A stretch of 64,000 nt of DNA from Candidatus Cloacimonadales bacterium (GTDB lineage Bacteria > Cloacimonadota > Cloacimonadia > Cloacimonadales > JAFGVF01). Below, piece by piece: positions 19,910 through 29,017 of this stretch. The stretch's first letter is position 1; each line of letters begins with the position of its first letter. Position numbers and translations under genes: made by a program. Below the pieces are notes generated by a model that was not told where the DNA came from, ran no database searches, and saw only the letters and a program-made list of their open reading frames with translations. Location: the NCBI GenBank assembly GCA_963677495.2, contig CAXXOU010000002.1, forward strand, positions 96,001 to 160,000, read 5' to 3'.

Positions 19910-20220
19910 TAGTCCTCCTTTATTATTAAGTAAATTCTTAATGTGTGTATTAATGTTGTCAATATCATTCTACCCGACTGTCAAAGTTAATAATATTCGA
20001 CCTCTTTGGAGTAGTTATTGTGAGGAGTACGGGACCATGCATTACATAGTTACTCACATTTTATCCTTTCAGGATACTAACAACCGGATAACTAATCCTG
20101 AGATTAAGCTTCCTTTGAATCCCTGCCTGTTATTCTCACTCCCCACATATAGCAAACAAGTTTGCTTCATCGCTGCGGTGCAAGTAAGATCTCTGCAACT
20201 AACATGGTTTTACACTCTTT

Positions 20221-20362
20221 CATTGCTCTATCTTAATTCACGGGAGTATGACGGGATTTGCTAAGGATTTTCAAGGGAATTTCTCGGGCAAAGCCCCGAG
20301 AGATTCCCGAGAGAGTCCCGGGTGATTCCCGAGAAAGTCCCGTGAATTAAGATAGTGCAATG
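20221..20362. repeat. 11-bp-phased palindromic element (CGGG -> CCCG) with 25-bp terminal inverted repeat
   Basis: 20221-20245 vs 20338-20362 one mismatch; cores at 20241,20252,(20263,20274),20285 and 20295,20306,20317,20328,20339. Confidence 0.9.
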
Positions 20363-20582
20363 GGACGAGGAGGAGTTTGACAAGAAAAAGTAAGGTTAAG
20401 ATGTAACCAAAACCGGGATAATCTATTCTTATCTTGTAGGAAGTCACTTGATTATGGAATTGAGTTGACGGGAAAAGAAGAAATATAAAAGATGTAATTT
20501 AAGAGTGTCAAATTTTGTGAATGAATATGGTTGTTGAATTGTTATTATTTACATAGTTTATCATTCACGAAGAAATAATGAG

Positions 20583-20810
20583 GTGAGAATGCACGGAAAA
20601 GTGAAATGGTTTAATAAGAATAAGGGTTATGGCTTTATCTTAGATGAGAACAATAAAGAGTACTTTGTACATTGGAAGTCAATTGTAACACCTAATCCAA
20701 TGGATGAGAAGTTTCTTGAGCAAAATGAACCTGTAGAGTTTGATCTGATGCCTACTGATAAAGGTACTCAGGCAGTAAATGTAATACGTACAAGTGTTGG
20801 CTTATATTAG
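20583..20810 (+). CDS. Cold-shock domain protein
   Basis: GKVKWFN..KGYGFI, FVH. Confidence 0.95.
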   Translation: MRMHGKVKWFNKNKGYGFILDENNKEYFVHWKSIVTPNPMDEKFLEQNEPVEFDLMPTDKGTQAVNVIRTSVGLY

Positions 20811-20832
20811 TATAAATGATAACTTTAACTTT

Positions 20833-20863
20833 GAGGTAGGAGCATAGCTTCTACCTCTTTTTT
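20833..20863 (+). terminator. Terminator after cold-shock gene
   Basis: GAGGTAG-GAGC...GCTT-CTACCTC plus T-run. Confidence 0.75.
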
Positions 20864-20868
20864 CTATT

Positions 20869-22653
20869 ATGAAGATACCTTTTTTACCTGTAAACAAAGC
20901 TGAAATGAAGCGCTTGGACTGGGAACGATGTGATGTGATTCTGGTTAGTGGAGATGCATACATTGATCATCCTAGTTTTGCTGCTGCCTTACTTGGAAGA
21001 TTTCTAGTTTCCAAGGGATATCGAGTTGGAATTATTCCTCAACCGGACTGGAAGAACCCTGAAACTTTCAAAGCTCTTGGGGAACCTGCTATTTGTTTCG
21101 GGATAACAGCGGGAAACATGGACTCGATGATTAACCATTATACTGCTCAGAAGAAGAAGCGTTCAGAGGATGCTTATTCTCCTGACGGTAAGGTTGGAAT
21201 GCGTCCTGATAGAGCAACAATTGTCTATACTTCTGCTCTTAAAGCTATCTACAAAAGGACACCTATTATTATTGGGGGTATCGAAGCATCGCTGAGAAGA
21301 GTTCCTCACTATGACTACTGGTCTGATAAACTCAGAAACTCAATTCTTTTTGATTCTAAAGCTGATATACTTATTTACGGAATGGGGGAGAGACCACTTT
21401 TAGATGTTGTAAACTATATCGCTTCCGGTTCACCAATAGCAGATATGGAAGTCAATGGAACGGTGACAATCTCGGCAACAAGTAGCGATAAGCTTTTACC
21501 CGAGTTTAGTGATTGCAAAGAGGGTAAGAACTTCCTTAAGATGCATAGAATGTTTGAAGAGCACTACAGAACCTCAACTATTTACCAGAAGTTTGGGAAC
21601 AGGTATCTTAAACATAATCCACCTGCTGAACCTTTATCAAAACAGGAGATGGATGATCTTTACAACCTGCCTTTCAGTAGGAAACCACATCCTATGTATG
21701 GGAAAGCAAAGTTCAAAGCATTCGATCAGATCAAGGAATCAGTAACATCTCATAGAGGTTGTTTTGGTGGTTGCAGTTTCTGTGCAATCGGTGCGCATCA
21801 AGGCAAGTCGATAAGCTCTCGCTCTCAGAAATCGATAGTTGATGAAGTTAAAACGATTAGCAAGCAACAATACTTCCATGGCACAATCTCTGATATTGGT
21901 GGACCATCTGCTAATATGTATGATATGAGCTGTCGATTGGGGATAAGTCAGACATGCAAGCGTCTATCTTGCCTGTATCCCGATATCTGTCCTAATTTGA
22001 ACTATAGTCATAAACCGAATATAGAGCTCCTTAAAGCTGCGAACAATGTCCCAGGTGTTAAGCACCTTTTTGTTGCATCCGGGATAAGATTTGACCTTGC
22101 TGTTATGGATAGAAAATATACACGACAGATTGCTGAGAAGCATATTGGCGGACACCTTAAGCTTGCACCGGAACATGCTGTTGATAGTGTCTTACAGGTT
22201 ATGCAGAAGCCATCTTCAGAGTCCTACTTATACTTCTGCGAGAAGTTTCAAAAGATCTCTAAAGAGTGCGGAAAGAAGCAGATGGTTATACCATACTTGA
22301 TAGTCGGTCATCCGGGGACTACCCTCAAAGATGCAGTAAAGCTGGCACTTTTCCTTAAAGAGAACAATATAAGGCCTGAACAGATACAGGAGTTTACTCC
22401 AACTCCCATGTCGGTCTCAACAACTATGTACTATACAGGGCTTAACTACTTTACAGGGAAGCCGATCCATGTTCCTAAAGGACGTGAAGTAAGACTTCAG
22501 AAAGCTCTTGCACAATGGTTTGTAAATTCTAATAAAAAACTTGTTCAGGAAGCATTAAAAAAAGCCGGAATGAGTCACCTTGAAAAAGAGTTTTACCGAC
22601 CTGAAAAGAGTAAAAGAGCACCTGCCTCAACTAAGCGTAGACGAAAAAGATAG
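20869..22653 (+). CDS. ygiQ: YgiQ-family radical SAM protein
   Basis: GDAYIDHPSF, GNMDSMINHYT, CFGGCSFC, DIGGPSANMY, FTPTPM. Confidence 0.9.
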   Translation: MKIPFLPVNKAEMKRLDWERCDVILVSGDAYIDHPSFAAALLGRFLVSKGYRVGIIPQPDWKNPETFKALGEPAICFGITAGNMDSMINHYTAQKKKRSEDAYSPDGKVGMRPDRATIVYTSALKAIYKRTPIIIGGIEASLRRVPHYDYWSDKLRNSILFDSKADILIYGMGERPLLDVVNYIASGSPIADMEVNGTVTISATSSDKLLPEFSDCKEGKNFLKMHRMFEEHYRTSTIYQKFGNRYLKHNPPAEPLSKQEMDDLYNLPFSRKPHPMYGKAKFKAFDQIKESVTSHRGCFGGCSFCAIGAHQGKSISSRSQKSIVDEVKTISKQQYFHGTISDIGGPSANMYDMSCRLGISQTCKRLSCLYPDICPNLNYSHKPNIELLKAANNVPGVKHLFVASGIRFDLAVMDRKYTRQIAEKHIGGHLKLAPEHAVDSVLQVMQKPSSESYLYFCEKFQKISKECGKKQMVIPYLIVGHPGTTLKDAVKLALFLKENNIRPEQIQEFTPTPMSVSTTMYYTGLNYFTGKPIHVPKGREVRLQKALAQWFVNSNKKLVQEALKKAGMSHLEKEFYRPEKSKRAPASTKRRRKR

Positions 22654-22707
22654 CTTTAGTTCAACTTAACTGAAAAAACTGTTTACAAACTGGAGTTTGC
22701 CTATTAA

Positions 22708-24234
22708 ATGGCAAAAAACAGATGTGAGGACTTATTGTTAGATAAAATCAGGAATACTGCTAAACATACTGCTGTTTATAGTATAGGTAACATTGCTATG
22801 AAAATCCTTGGTTTCATACTATTACCTCTCTATACAGATAAGCTTCTTCTCAGTGAATTCGGTACATTGGGACTACTGGAAGTTACAGCTATGTTTATGA
22901 TTGCAGTCCTTGGTTTTCGCATTCCAACCGCTATGATGCGTTGGTGTGCAAATGCTAAATCAGAGAATGAGCAGAAAAGGGTAGTTTCAACATCAGTATT
23001 CTCCTTATTGGTAATTCTAGCAATCTATCTTATATCAGTATTCCCATTCAGAGCTAACATCTCGGAAATACTATTTAAAAGTAGTGCTTATTCCTCTTAT
23101 CTAACGATACTGTTTATATCTGTTGCGAGTGAGATAATCAATCAGGTACCATTTGAACTAATCCGATTCAGACAGAAGTCGTTTCTATATACTTTCCTGA
23201 TGTTCATCAGATTTGGAACTGTACTAGGGTTGAACATCTATTTCATCGTATACAGAGGTATGGGAGTGAAGGGTATTATATTAAGTACTCTTATCAGTAA
23301 TCTAATGATAACAGTTCTTACTACTCCTTTCCTGATAAAAAACATATCTTTCAGCTTCGATAAAGCAATTTTTAAAGAGATGTTTACATACAGCTACCCA
23401 CTTATCTTCACACAAGTATCTACAATGCTACTTTCAATGTCTGACAGATACATACTAAACCACTACCTTGATCTGGATCAGGTAGGACTTTATACACTCG
23501 GTTACAAGTTTGCAACTGTGATAAATGTGTTTATCTTAACTTCTTTCCAAATGGGGTTCCTGCCGATAGCATATAAGACATATGATAAACCCAATGCCGG
23601 CAGGTTCTTCTCAAAGACATTAACATATCTTGTGTTTATTAGTATTATTGCAGCTTTGGGACTATCATTCTTTTCTAGAGAAGTGATTCAGCTTATGGCT
23701 AAGAATAGCAATTATTGGGGAGCATACACTATTATCCCTGTGATAACTCTTGCTATTGTCTTTAAGGGTATCCAATGGGTATTCTCATTAGGATTACATT
23801 ATGTGAAGAAAACTAAGTACAATGCCTGGGTCGTACTCACATGTGCTATTGTGAATATCGTACTAAACTTGTTCTTAATACCATTATGGGGGATATACGG
23901 TGCAGCCCTGACAACACTTTTATCAATGATTTTGATGGCTGTACTATTCTATATACAAGCAGGTAGATTCTATAGGATTAAGTATGAACTGAAGAAGCTT
24001 GTTTTACAGGTAATCCTAGGCATTGTACTATATGCGATTTCACTAACATTTTTTAATCTACCGATGCTACCAAATGTATTACTCAAACTCGCTCTTATTG
24101 CCGGTTACCCATTCATCCTTTACATCTTCAAGTTCTATGAGGAGATTGAGCTGGATAGAATGAAAGGTTTCTGGAAGAAGTGGAAAAATCCTTTAACTTG
24201 GGCTTCTCATCTACCGGAACTATTTAAAGACTAA
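22708..24234 (+). CDS. Oligosaccharide flippase / polysaccharide biosynthesis (MOP superfamily) protein
   Basis: LLPLYT..L..EFG, SDRYIL..VGLY, LNLFLIP.WGIYGAA; many TM helices. Confidence 0.85.
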   Translation: MAKNRCEDLLLDKIRNTAKHTAVYSIGNIAMKILGFILLPLYTDKLLLSEFGTLGLLEVTAMFMIAVLGFRIPTAMMRWCANAKSENEQKRVVSTSVFSLLVILAIYLISVFPFRANISEILFKSSAYSSYLTILFISVASEIINQVPFELIRFRQKSFLYTFLMFIRFGTVLGLNIYFIVYRGMGVKGIILSTLISNLMITVLTTPFLIKNISFSFDKAIFKEMFTYSYPLIFTQVSTMLLSMSDRYILNHYLDLDQVGLYTLGYKFATVINVFILTSFQMGFLPIAYKTYDKPNAGRFFSKTLTYLVFISIIAALGLSFFSREVIQLMAKNSNYWGAYTIIPVITLAIVFKGIQWVFSLGLHYVKKTKYNAWVVLTCAIVNIVLNLFLIPLWGIYGAALTTLLSMILMAVLFYIQAGRFYRIKYELKKLVLQVILGIVLYAISLTFFNLPMLPNVLLKLALIAGYPFILYIFKFYEEIELDRMKGFWKKWKNPLTWASHLPELFKD

Positions 24235-24713
24235 TGAGACGTAAACCTAAAGGAAACTTCTGCGAGATAAAGAAATACAGGTTGATTACACCTTCCATTT
24301 GCAGTGTCTGTGAACGTATAGGGTTCTGCAAATCGTTCCGCGAATACTATTATAAAAACAAAACAAAATACAGAAATTTCTGTTACCAACAAGTAGAAAA
24401 ATTTCCTGATAAATATCAATTGGAGGTAGTTTTCATGGCTACAAAGAAGACATTTGTTCAAATCGTGAACAAGAAAACAGGTCAGATCGAAAGGATTATG
24501 AGTATGGATGACCTGAATGCATTAACTCTAGAAGAGAAGATTGGAATCGTAAGAGGAAAGCAATTATTCCAGATTGCTTATGAGATTGAACCTGTGATTA
24601 AGGTTGAAATGAAGAAGAAAGCAATAGTTGAAGAGATTAACTATGAGCCTGAAGAGGTAAAACCGGAACCGAAGAAGACAACAAGAACTCGAAAAACCAC
24701 TCCTAAGAAGTAG
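24234..24713 (+). CDS. Hypothetical protein, Cys-rich N-terminus and basic tail
   Basis: Overlaps flippase stop (TAATG); C..CSVC..C..C; possible internal start at about 24435. Confidence 0.55.
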   Translation: MRRKPKGNFCEIKKYRLITPSICSVCERIGFCKSFREYYYKNKTKYRNFCYQQVEKFPDKYQLEVVFMATKKTFVQIVNKKTGQIERIMSMDDLNALTLEEKIGIVRGKQLFQIAYEIEPVIKVEMKKKAIVEEINYEPEEVKPEPKKTTRTRKTTPKK

Positions 24714-25884
24714 ACTTGTTACCTTTATTAACAAGTCGCTTCTTACGATGCGACCAAAGCTCTCGTTGTTTATCAACTGAGATTGGCATTAGGTTTAGGT
24801 AGTCAATTGCTCTTTGAGTATATTGCAATGCCTTCTCAATGTCTTTTACTTTGTGTTCGTAGTATTTCGCCAGCTCTTCAAGTGCTGCGAAGTTGCTTGT
24901 TAGAATAGGTTTACTCCAGATTTGAACCGCTTTATCAAGTTGTTTCTCTTTCTTGTAAAGTGAAGCTAAACGCAATAAAGCATCAGCATCGGAACAGTTT
25001 TCGTCAATAGTCTCAAGCAGTTCAACTGCACGTTTTTGCATACCGGCATTCTCGTAGTATTTACTGCTTGGCAGGATATGTTCCTCTTCCTCTTGAAGAA
25101 GAATGTTGCTAATATGATTCAGGATTATCGGCATACTCAGAATATCTGTAGCATTATGGTCATGAATCTTGATTATATCATCAAGGTAACCTGTCTCAAG
25201 AAAGTTAAAATACGCCCAGGGGATCTTCCATCCGGGAATCTCATCTTCAGGATTTCTGTTATATCCCAAAACTTCACTTTCAATTGTCTGCAAAGAACAA
25301 TCAATAAGTTTCCCCTTCCAGAACCTTCTGACAATATGCAATAGATCTATCTGTTTAAAGGATTTCACCATGTAATTCAATTGATAGTAGTCGTAACGGG
25401 ACTGTAATAAGTTCATATCATAGCTTTTACCATTATAGTTGACGATTATATCGAAGTCTTCTAAGAACTTTCTTATTTCCTCCAGCATCCTAATCTCACC
25501 ATCAGGAGCATTCAAAAACCACCTTCGAACAACGAACCAGTTATCCACAAAATGCCCCAATCCCACGAGCACTGCATATGAAGCACCACCTGTGTTTAAG
25601 CCTGTTGACTCTGTATCAAGATATAGTACTTTATCATAAGGGACATCACTAAGAATCTTCTCTTTCTTCTTTATTACATCTGCAATCTTTGGTATTGATA
25701 AGGTGCAATTCCCAAACTCTGAATCTAAATCATAATAAACTTCTGAATAAAACAACGACTCTGTTATATATCTACCTTCTATATGGTCAGCAATGGAAGC
25801 TTCTGACTTGTTATCATCCTTCTCCTCGATCTTCTTATTGAGCTGATTAAGAATGTTATCAAGACCTTTCATACTAATGTACAA
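24703..25884 (-). CDS. mrfB: YprB/MrfB-like RNase H-fold exonuclease with TPR C-terminus
   Basis: YLDTESTGL, YNGKSYD, IDLLH, HNATDI; ELAKYYEH TPR; next to a DUF1998 helicase. Confidence 0.8.
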   Translation of the reverse strand: MYISMKGLDNILNQLNKKIEEKDDNKSEASIADHIEGRYITESLFYSEVYYDLDSEFGNCTLSIPKIADVIKKKEKILSDVPYDKVLYLDTESTGLNTGGASYAVLVGLGHFVDNWFVVRRWFLNAPDGEIRMLEEIRKFLEDFDIIVNYNGKSYDMNLLQSRYDYYQLNYMVKSFKQIDLLHIVRRFWKGKLIDCSLQTIESEVLGYNRNPEDEIPGWKIPWAYFNFLETGYLDDIIKIHDHNATDILSMPIILNHISNILLQEEEEHILPSSKYYENAGMQKRAVELLETIDENCSDADALLRLASLYKKEKQLDKAVQIWSKPILTSNFAALEELAKYYEHKVKDIEKALQYTQRAIDYLNLMPISVDKQRELWSHRKKRLVNKGNKSTS

Positions 25885-28348
25885 GCTCCTTTAAAATACC
25901 TAAAACAATCTCTTTAGAGCCTTCACCCTGCTCTGCAACAGGTCCAACACAAGCTGGACAACCATCACTACAGGAACACTGTTTCACAAGTTTATATGCT
26001 TCTCTCAAAAGCTCTGGATATATCTCATAGAGTCTTTTACAAAGCCCGATTCCACCATTTGCACTATCATGGAAGATAAGAGCAAACTCCTCACTCGAAA
26101 GGGGGTTGTTGGACTGATAGTTAACTCTTATATCTTTTCGATCACACATCAGATATACAGGTGATATGTTCTTCATTAGATAAGACATACCGGCAAGCCC
26201 ACTCTGGATAATTAGAGTTCGTTCAGCATCCTTGTGGCACTTTGGACAAAGAGTTGTCAGATTCTCGGGAGCATTAGCTTTCATTCGTGACGGGAAGCTC
26301 TTGAACGGTTTGATATGGTGCACATCAAATGCTTTACCGGATTCTGCTATTCCACATGCTTGACAGATAAACTTATCCCGCTCACGTATAATCTTTTTTA
26401 GATTAGCCCATCCTGGACCATAGTCATTTTTGTCATTATTCCACAGCCCAAGCTGTTTGAAATGCTCAATTGTTTCAGACTTAAAACCAAGCCAGAAACC
26501 GTCAGTTATGACTGTCATTGATGGCATCTCAAGCTCATGATAACTCAGTATCTCATTTGTATACCACTTTTGCCTTTTATAACCTGTAACTGTGTCTGTA
26601 ACCTGTATCTGCCCTGAATATGCTTTCAGCTCTTCTGCATCCTTCTCTTCATAAAGCTCTAAAAGCTCATACTCAGTTTTGCTCATAACCTGAGTGTAAT
26701 AATCTGAGTTAAAAGGCTCTAGCTGTGCTTCTTTCTTCTCAAAGTTCAGGTCGCTCACAAAGTATGTCTCTCCATTATGAATGTAGACAGCTTCAGGGTG
26801 TACCATCCAGTACGCACTTGGTTCATCTACAAGTCCGATTGTTTTACCTTCTGACTGAATTCTAAAGCTTCCTGCTCCGGTACTGCGGAGTGAGAACTTA
26901 TCAGCAGGGAACTCTTGTGACTTCCAATAATACTTATCTCTTGATTTGAATATCTTTCCGAGATTCTGTAGGTAACTTAGGTATTTGCTAAGGTCTTCAT
27001 CGCTTAGAGAGCCAAAATTCTCACCTTGCATAAATGGCTTCTCAAAAAGGGCACATTGCAGGTGAAATAGCAGTATGTACGGGTTGTCAGGATTAATCAA
27101 AGGTTCTTCAGGATTCCTCTCTAAGAGAAACTCGGGATGTTGAATGAAGTACTGATCCAAAAGCCCTGATCCGGCAACAAAGATAGTCATAGACTCAGTT
27201 GCCAGTCTTCCGGCTCTACCACTCTGTTGAGCAACTGAAGCAATACTACCGGGATAGCCACTGATAATCACATTATCAAGTCCACCAATATCAATACCCA
27301 GTTCAAGTGCATTGGTTGCAACCACCATCTTTATCTCTTCGTTTCTCAATCTATTTTCGATCACACGTCTTTCAGCAGGTAAGTATCCTGCTCGATACCC
27401 TAAAATCTCTGCATTTGCATCCTCTTTACTCAAGTTTAGGTATGAGATAAGAAGTTCTACAGAACGTCTGGTGACAGTAAAGATTAAGGATTGTCCCGGA
27501 AAGTCATAGAGGAAGTTACCCACTCTCACAGTTTCCTCGATTATGTTTCTTCTGATCCCAAGCTCTTTATTGATGATAGGGGGATTGTATAAGATAAAAT
27601 GCTTTTCACCGTGGGGAGATCCGTCATTGTCAACAAGCTCAAAATCCTCTTCTATCAGTTTGCTTATGAATGCATCAATCCCTGAGAGTGTTGCAGATGT
27701 GATAATGAACTGTAAGTTACCACCATAATGTGTAACTATGCGTTTCAGTCTTCTTAGTAGGTTAGCTATATGAGAGCCGAATACACCACGGTATATATGT
27801 ACCTCATCAATCACAACATATTTAAGCTTAGAAAAGAACCTGCTCCACTTTGTGTGGTTTGGTAAAATACCCAGATTCAGCATATCAGGATTAGACATTA
27901 TAATCCGAGATGATTCACGTATTTTATTCCTCTTTTCAGTGGGAGTATCACCGTCATAGACACCCGGTTTCTCATCTAATCCCAGTTCAGACATCAGTGC
28001 CGATAACTTAGTAATCTGGTCTTGGGCAAGTGCTTTCATAGGAAATAGTAATAACGATGTAGAATCTAAACCATTAAGAATGCTATTGAGAATTGGTAGC
28101 TGATAACATAGGCTTTTTCCACTTGCAACTCCGGTAGTGATGACAGCGTTTTTACCTTGTAGAATATGTTTAAGAGCTTCAGCTTGATGAGAATACAGAT
28201 GTATTATGTGTCTTTTATTCAAGAGCTTATGCAGTTCTGTATGCATCCCGTCAGGGATATCAGCATAATCAGCCGGTTTCATCGGTCTATGCTTCTCAAG
28301 AACAATATTGTTCCTAAAAGATGGGTTCTCAGTGAAATATTCGTACAT
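25874..28348 (-). CDS. mrfA: YprA/MrfA-like DEAH helicase with DUF1998 Zn site and inserted HNH domain
   Basis: ASGKS, DEVH, SAT, TNALELGIDIG, QQSGRAGR; C-terminal CSCSDGCPAC; HNH CQACG..DVHH..NL..LCPKCH. Confidence 0.85.
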   Translation of the reverse strand: MYEYFTENPSFRNNIVLEKHRPMKPADYADIPDGMHTELHKLLNKRHIIHLYSHQAEALKHILQGKNAVITTGVASGKSLCYQLPILNSILNGLDSTSLLLFPMKALAQDQITKLSALMSELGLDEKPGVYDGDTPTEKRNKIRESSRIIMSNPDMLNLGILPNHTKWSRFFSKLKYVVIDEVHIYRGVFGSHIANLLRRLKRIVTHYGGNLQFIITSATLSGIDAFISKLIEEDFELVDNDGSPHGEKHFILYNPPIINKELGIRRNIIEETVRVGNFLYDFPGQSLIFTVTRRSVELLISYLNLSKEDANAEILGYRAGYLPAERRVIENRLRNEEIKMVVATNALELGIDIGGLDNVIISGYPGSIASVAQQSGRAGRLATESMTIFVAGSGLLDQYFIQHPEFLLERNPEEPLINPDNPYILLFHLQCALFEKPFMQGENFGSLSDEDLSKYLSYLQNLGKIFKSRDKYYWKSQEFPADKFSLRSTGAGSFRIQSEGKTIGLVDEPSAYWMVHPEAVYIHNGETYFVSDLNFEKKEAQLEPFNSDYYTQVMSKTEYELLELYEEKDAEELKAYSGQIQVTDTVTGYKRQKWYTNEILSYHELEMPSMTVITDGFWLGFKSETIEHFKQLGLWNNDKNDYGPGWANLKKIIRERDKFICQACGIAESGKAFDVHHIKPFKSFPSRMKANAPENLTTLCPKCHKDAERTLIIQSGLAGMSYLMKNISPVYLMCDRKDIRVNYQSNNPLSSEEFALIFHDSANGGIGLCKRLYEIYPELLREAYKLVKQCSCSDGCPACVGPVAEQGEGSKEIVLGILKELVH

Positions 28349-28595
28349 CTTATAAATCCTAGTAAGTATTACTTAATTCTTTTACTGATTTGGATGTTTA
28401 CTGTCAATGGAAAACATGAAAGTAAGAAGTCCATTCCTGTCATTTCGTCCATGATGGTCCACTTCTGTTAACTCAAGTCCACTAATTTCCATAATGAAAC
28501 TATTGCTAACCAAAACCTTTTCAAGTCTCTCAAAACCACCTCCCTTTAATAACCCTTCTACGCCCGGTCTATCCATAGGCTTCTCACAGGTTAGT

Positions 28596-28660
28596 CTCCC
28601 GTTGCTCTCCCGTTGCTCTCCCGTTGCTCGCAACGAGTGGGAAACGAGTGAGAAACATCC
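28596..28660. repeat. 11-bp tandem/phased palindromic element (CTCCCGTTGCT x3 -> AACGAG)
   Basis: Three exact 11-mers 28596-28628, then AACGAG at 28632 and 28643. Confidence 0.8.
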
Positions 28661-28668
28661 AAAAAAGT

Positions 28669-28677
28669 TGTGGATAA
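28669..28677 (-). promoter_or_regulatory. DnaA-box consensus (TTATCCACA)
   Basis: TGTGGATAA on + strand, in the region upstream of the mrfA-like gene. Confidence 0.35.
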
Positions 28678-28816
28678 ACCGGGCGCAGAAGGGAAAGTAT
28701 TGACATGTTAAGAAATAGATATCTGGGCTCATAGCGACCGAAAGGGAGTTGGAGCAATTGCGAAATGTGGTAACTGCAAAAGTAGCATCTCTGTAACCAA
28801 GCACATGTAAAAATAA

Positions 28817-28885
28817 ACACGAAAATCACGAAGAACACGAAAAAGGGAAATTTAATATGTTAGTGTCTTTCGTGTGGTTTGTGGT
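28817..28885. repeat. 9-bp-phased inverted repeat (CACGAA x3 / TT(C/A/T)GTG x3)
   Basis: CACGAA at 28818,28827,28836; TTAGTG/TTCGTG/TTTGTG at 28860,28869,28878. Confidence 0.65.
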
Positions 28886-29017
28886 AATTGCCCACCACTA
28901 TGAGTCCAACTCGTAAACTCGCTATAACCCCAATTGTTAAGTAAATTACCTAAATCTCACTTGACAATAGGAATAGTTTATTAACATTCAATATATAAAT
29001 TATTGAAAGGGTTAATC

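Noticed and set aside
19719..20264. 181-aa plus-strand ORF and other antisense ORFs overlapping well-supported genes
   Set aside because: Shadow frames with no recognisable motifs.
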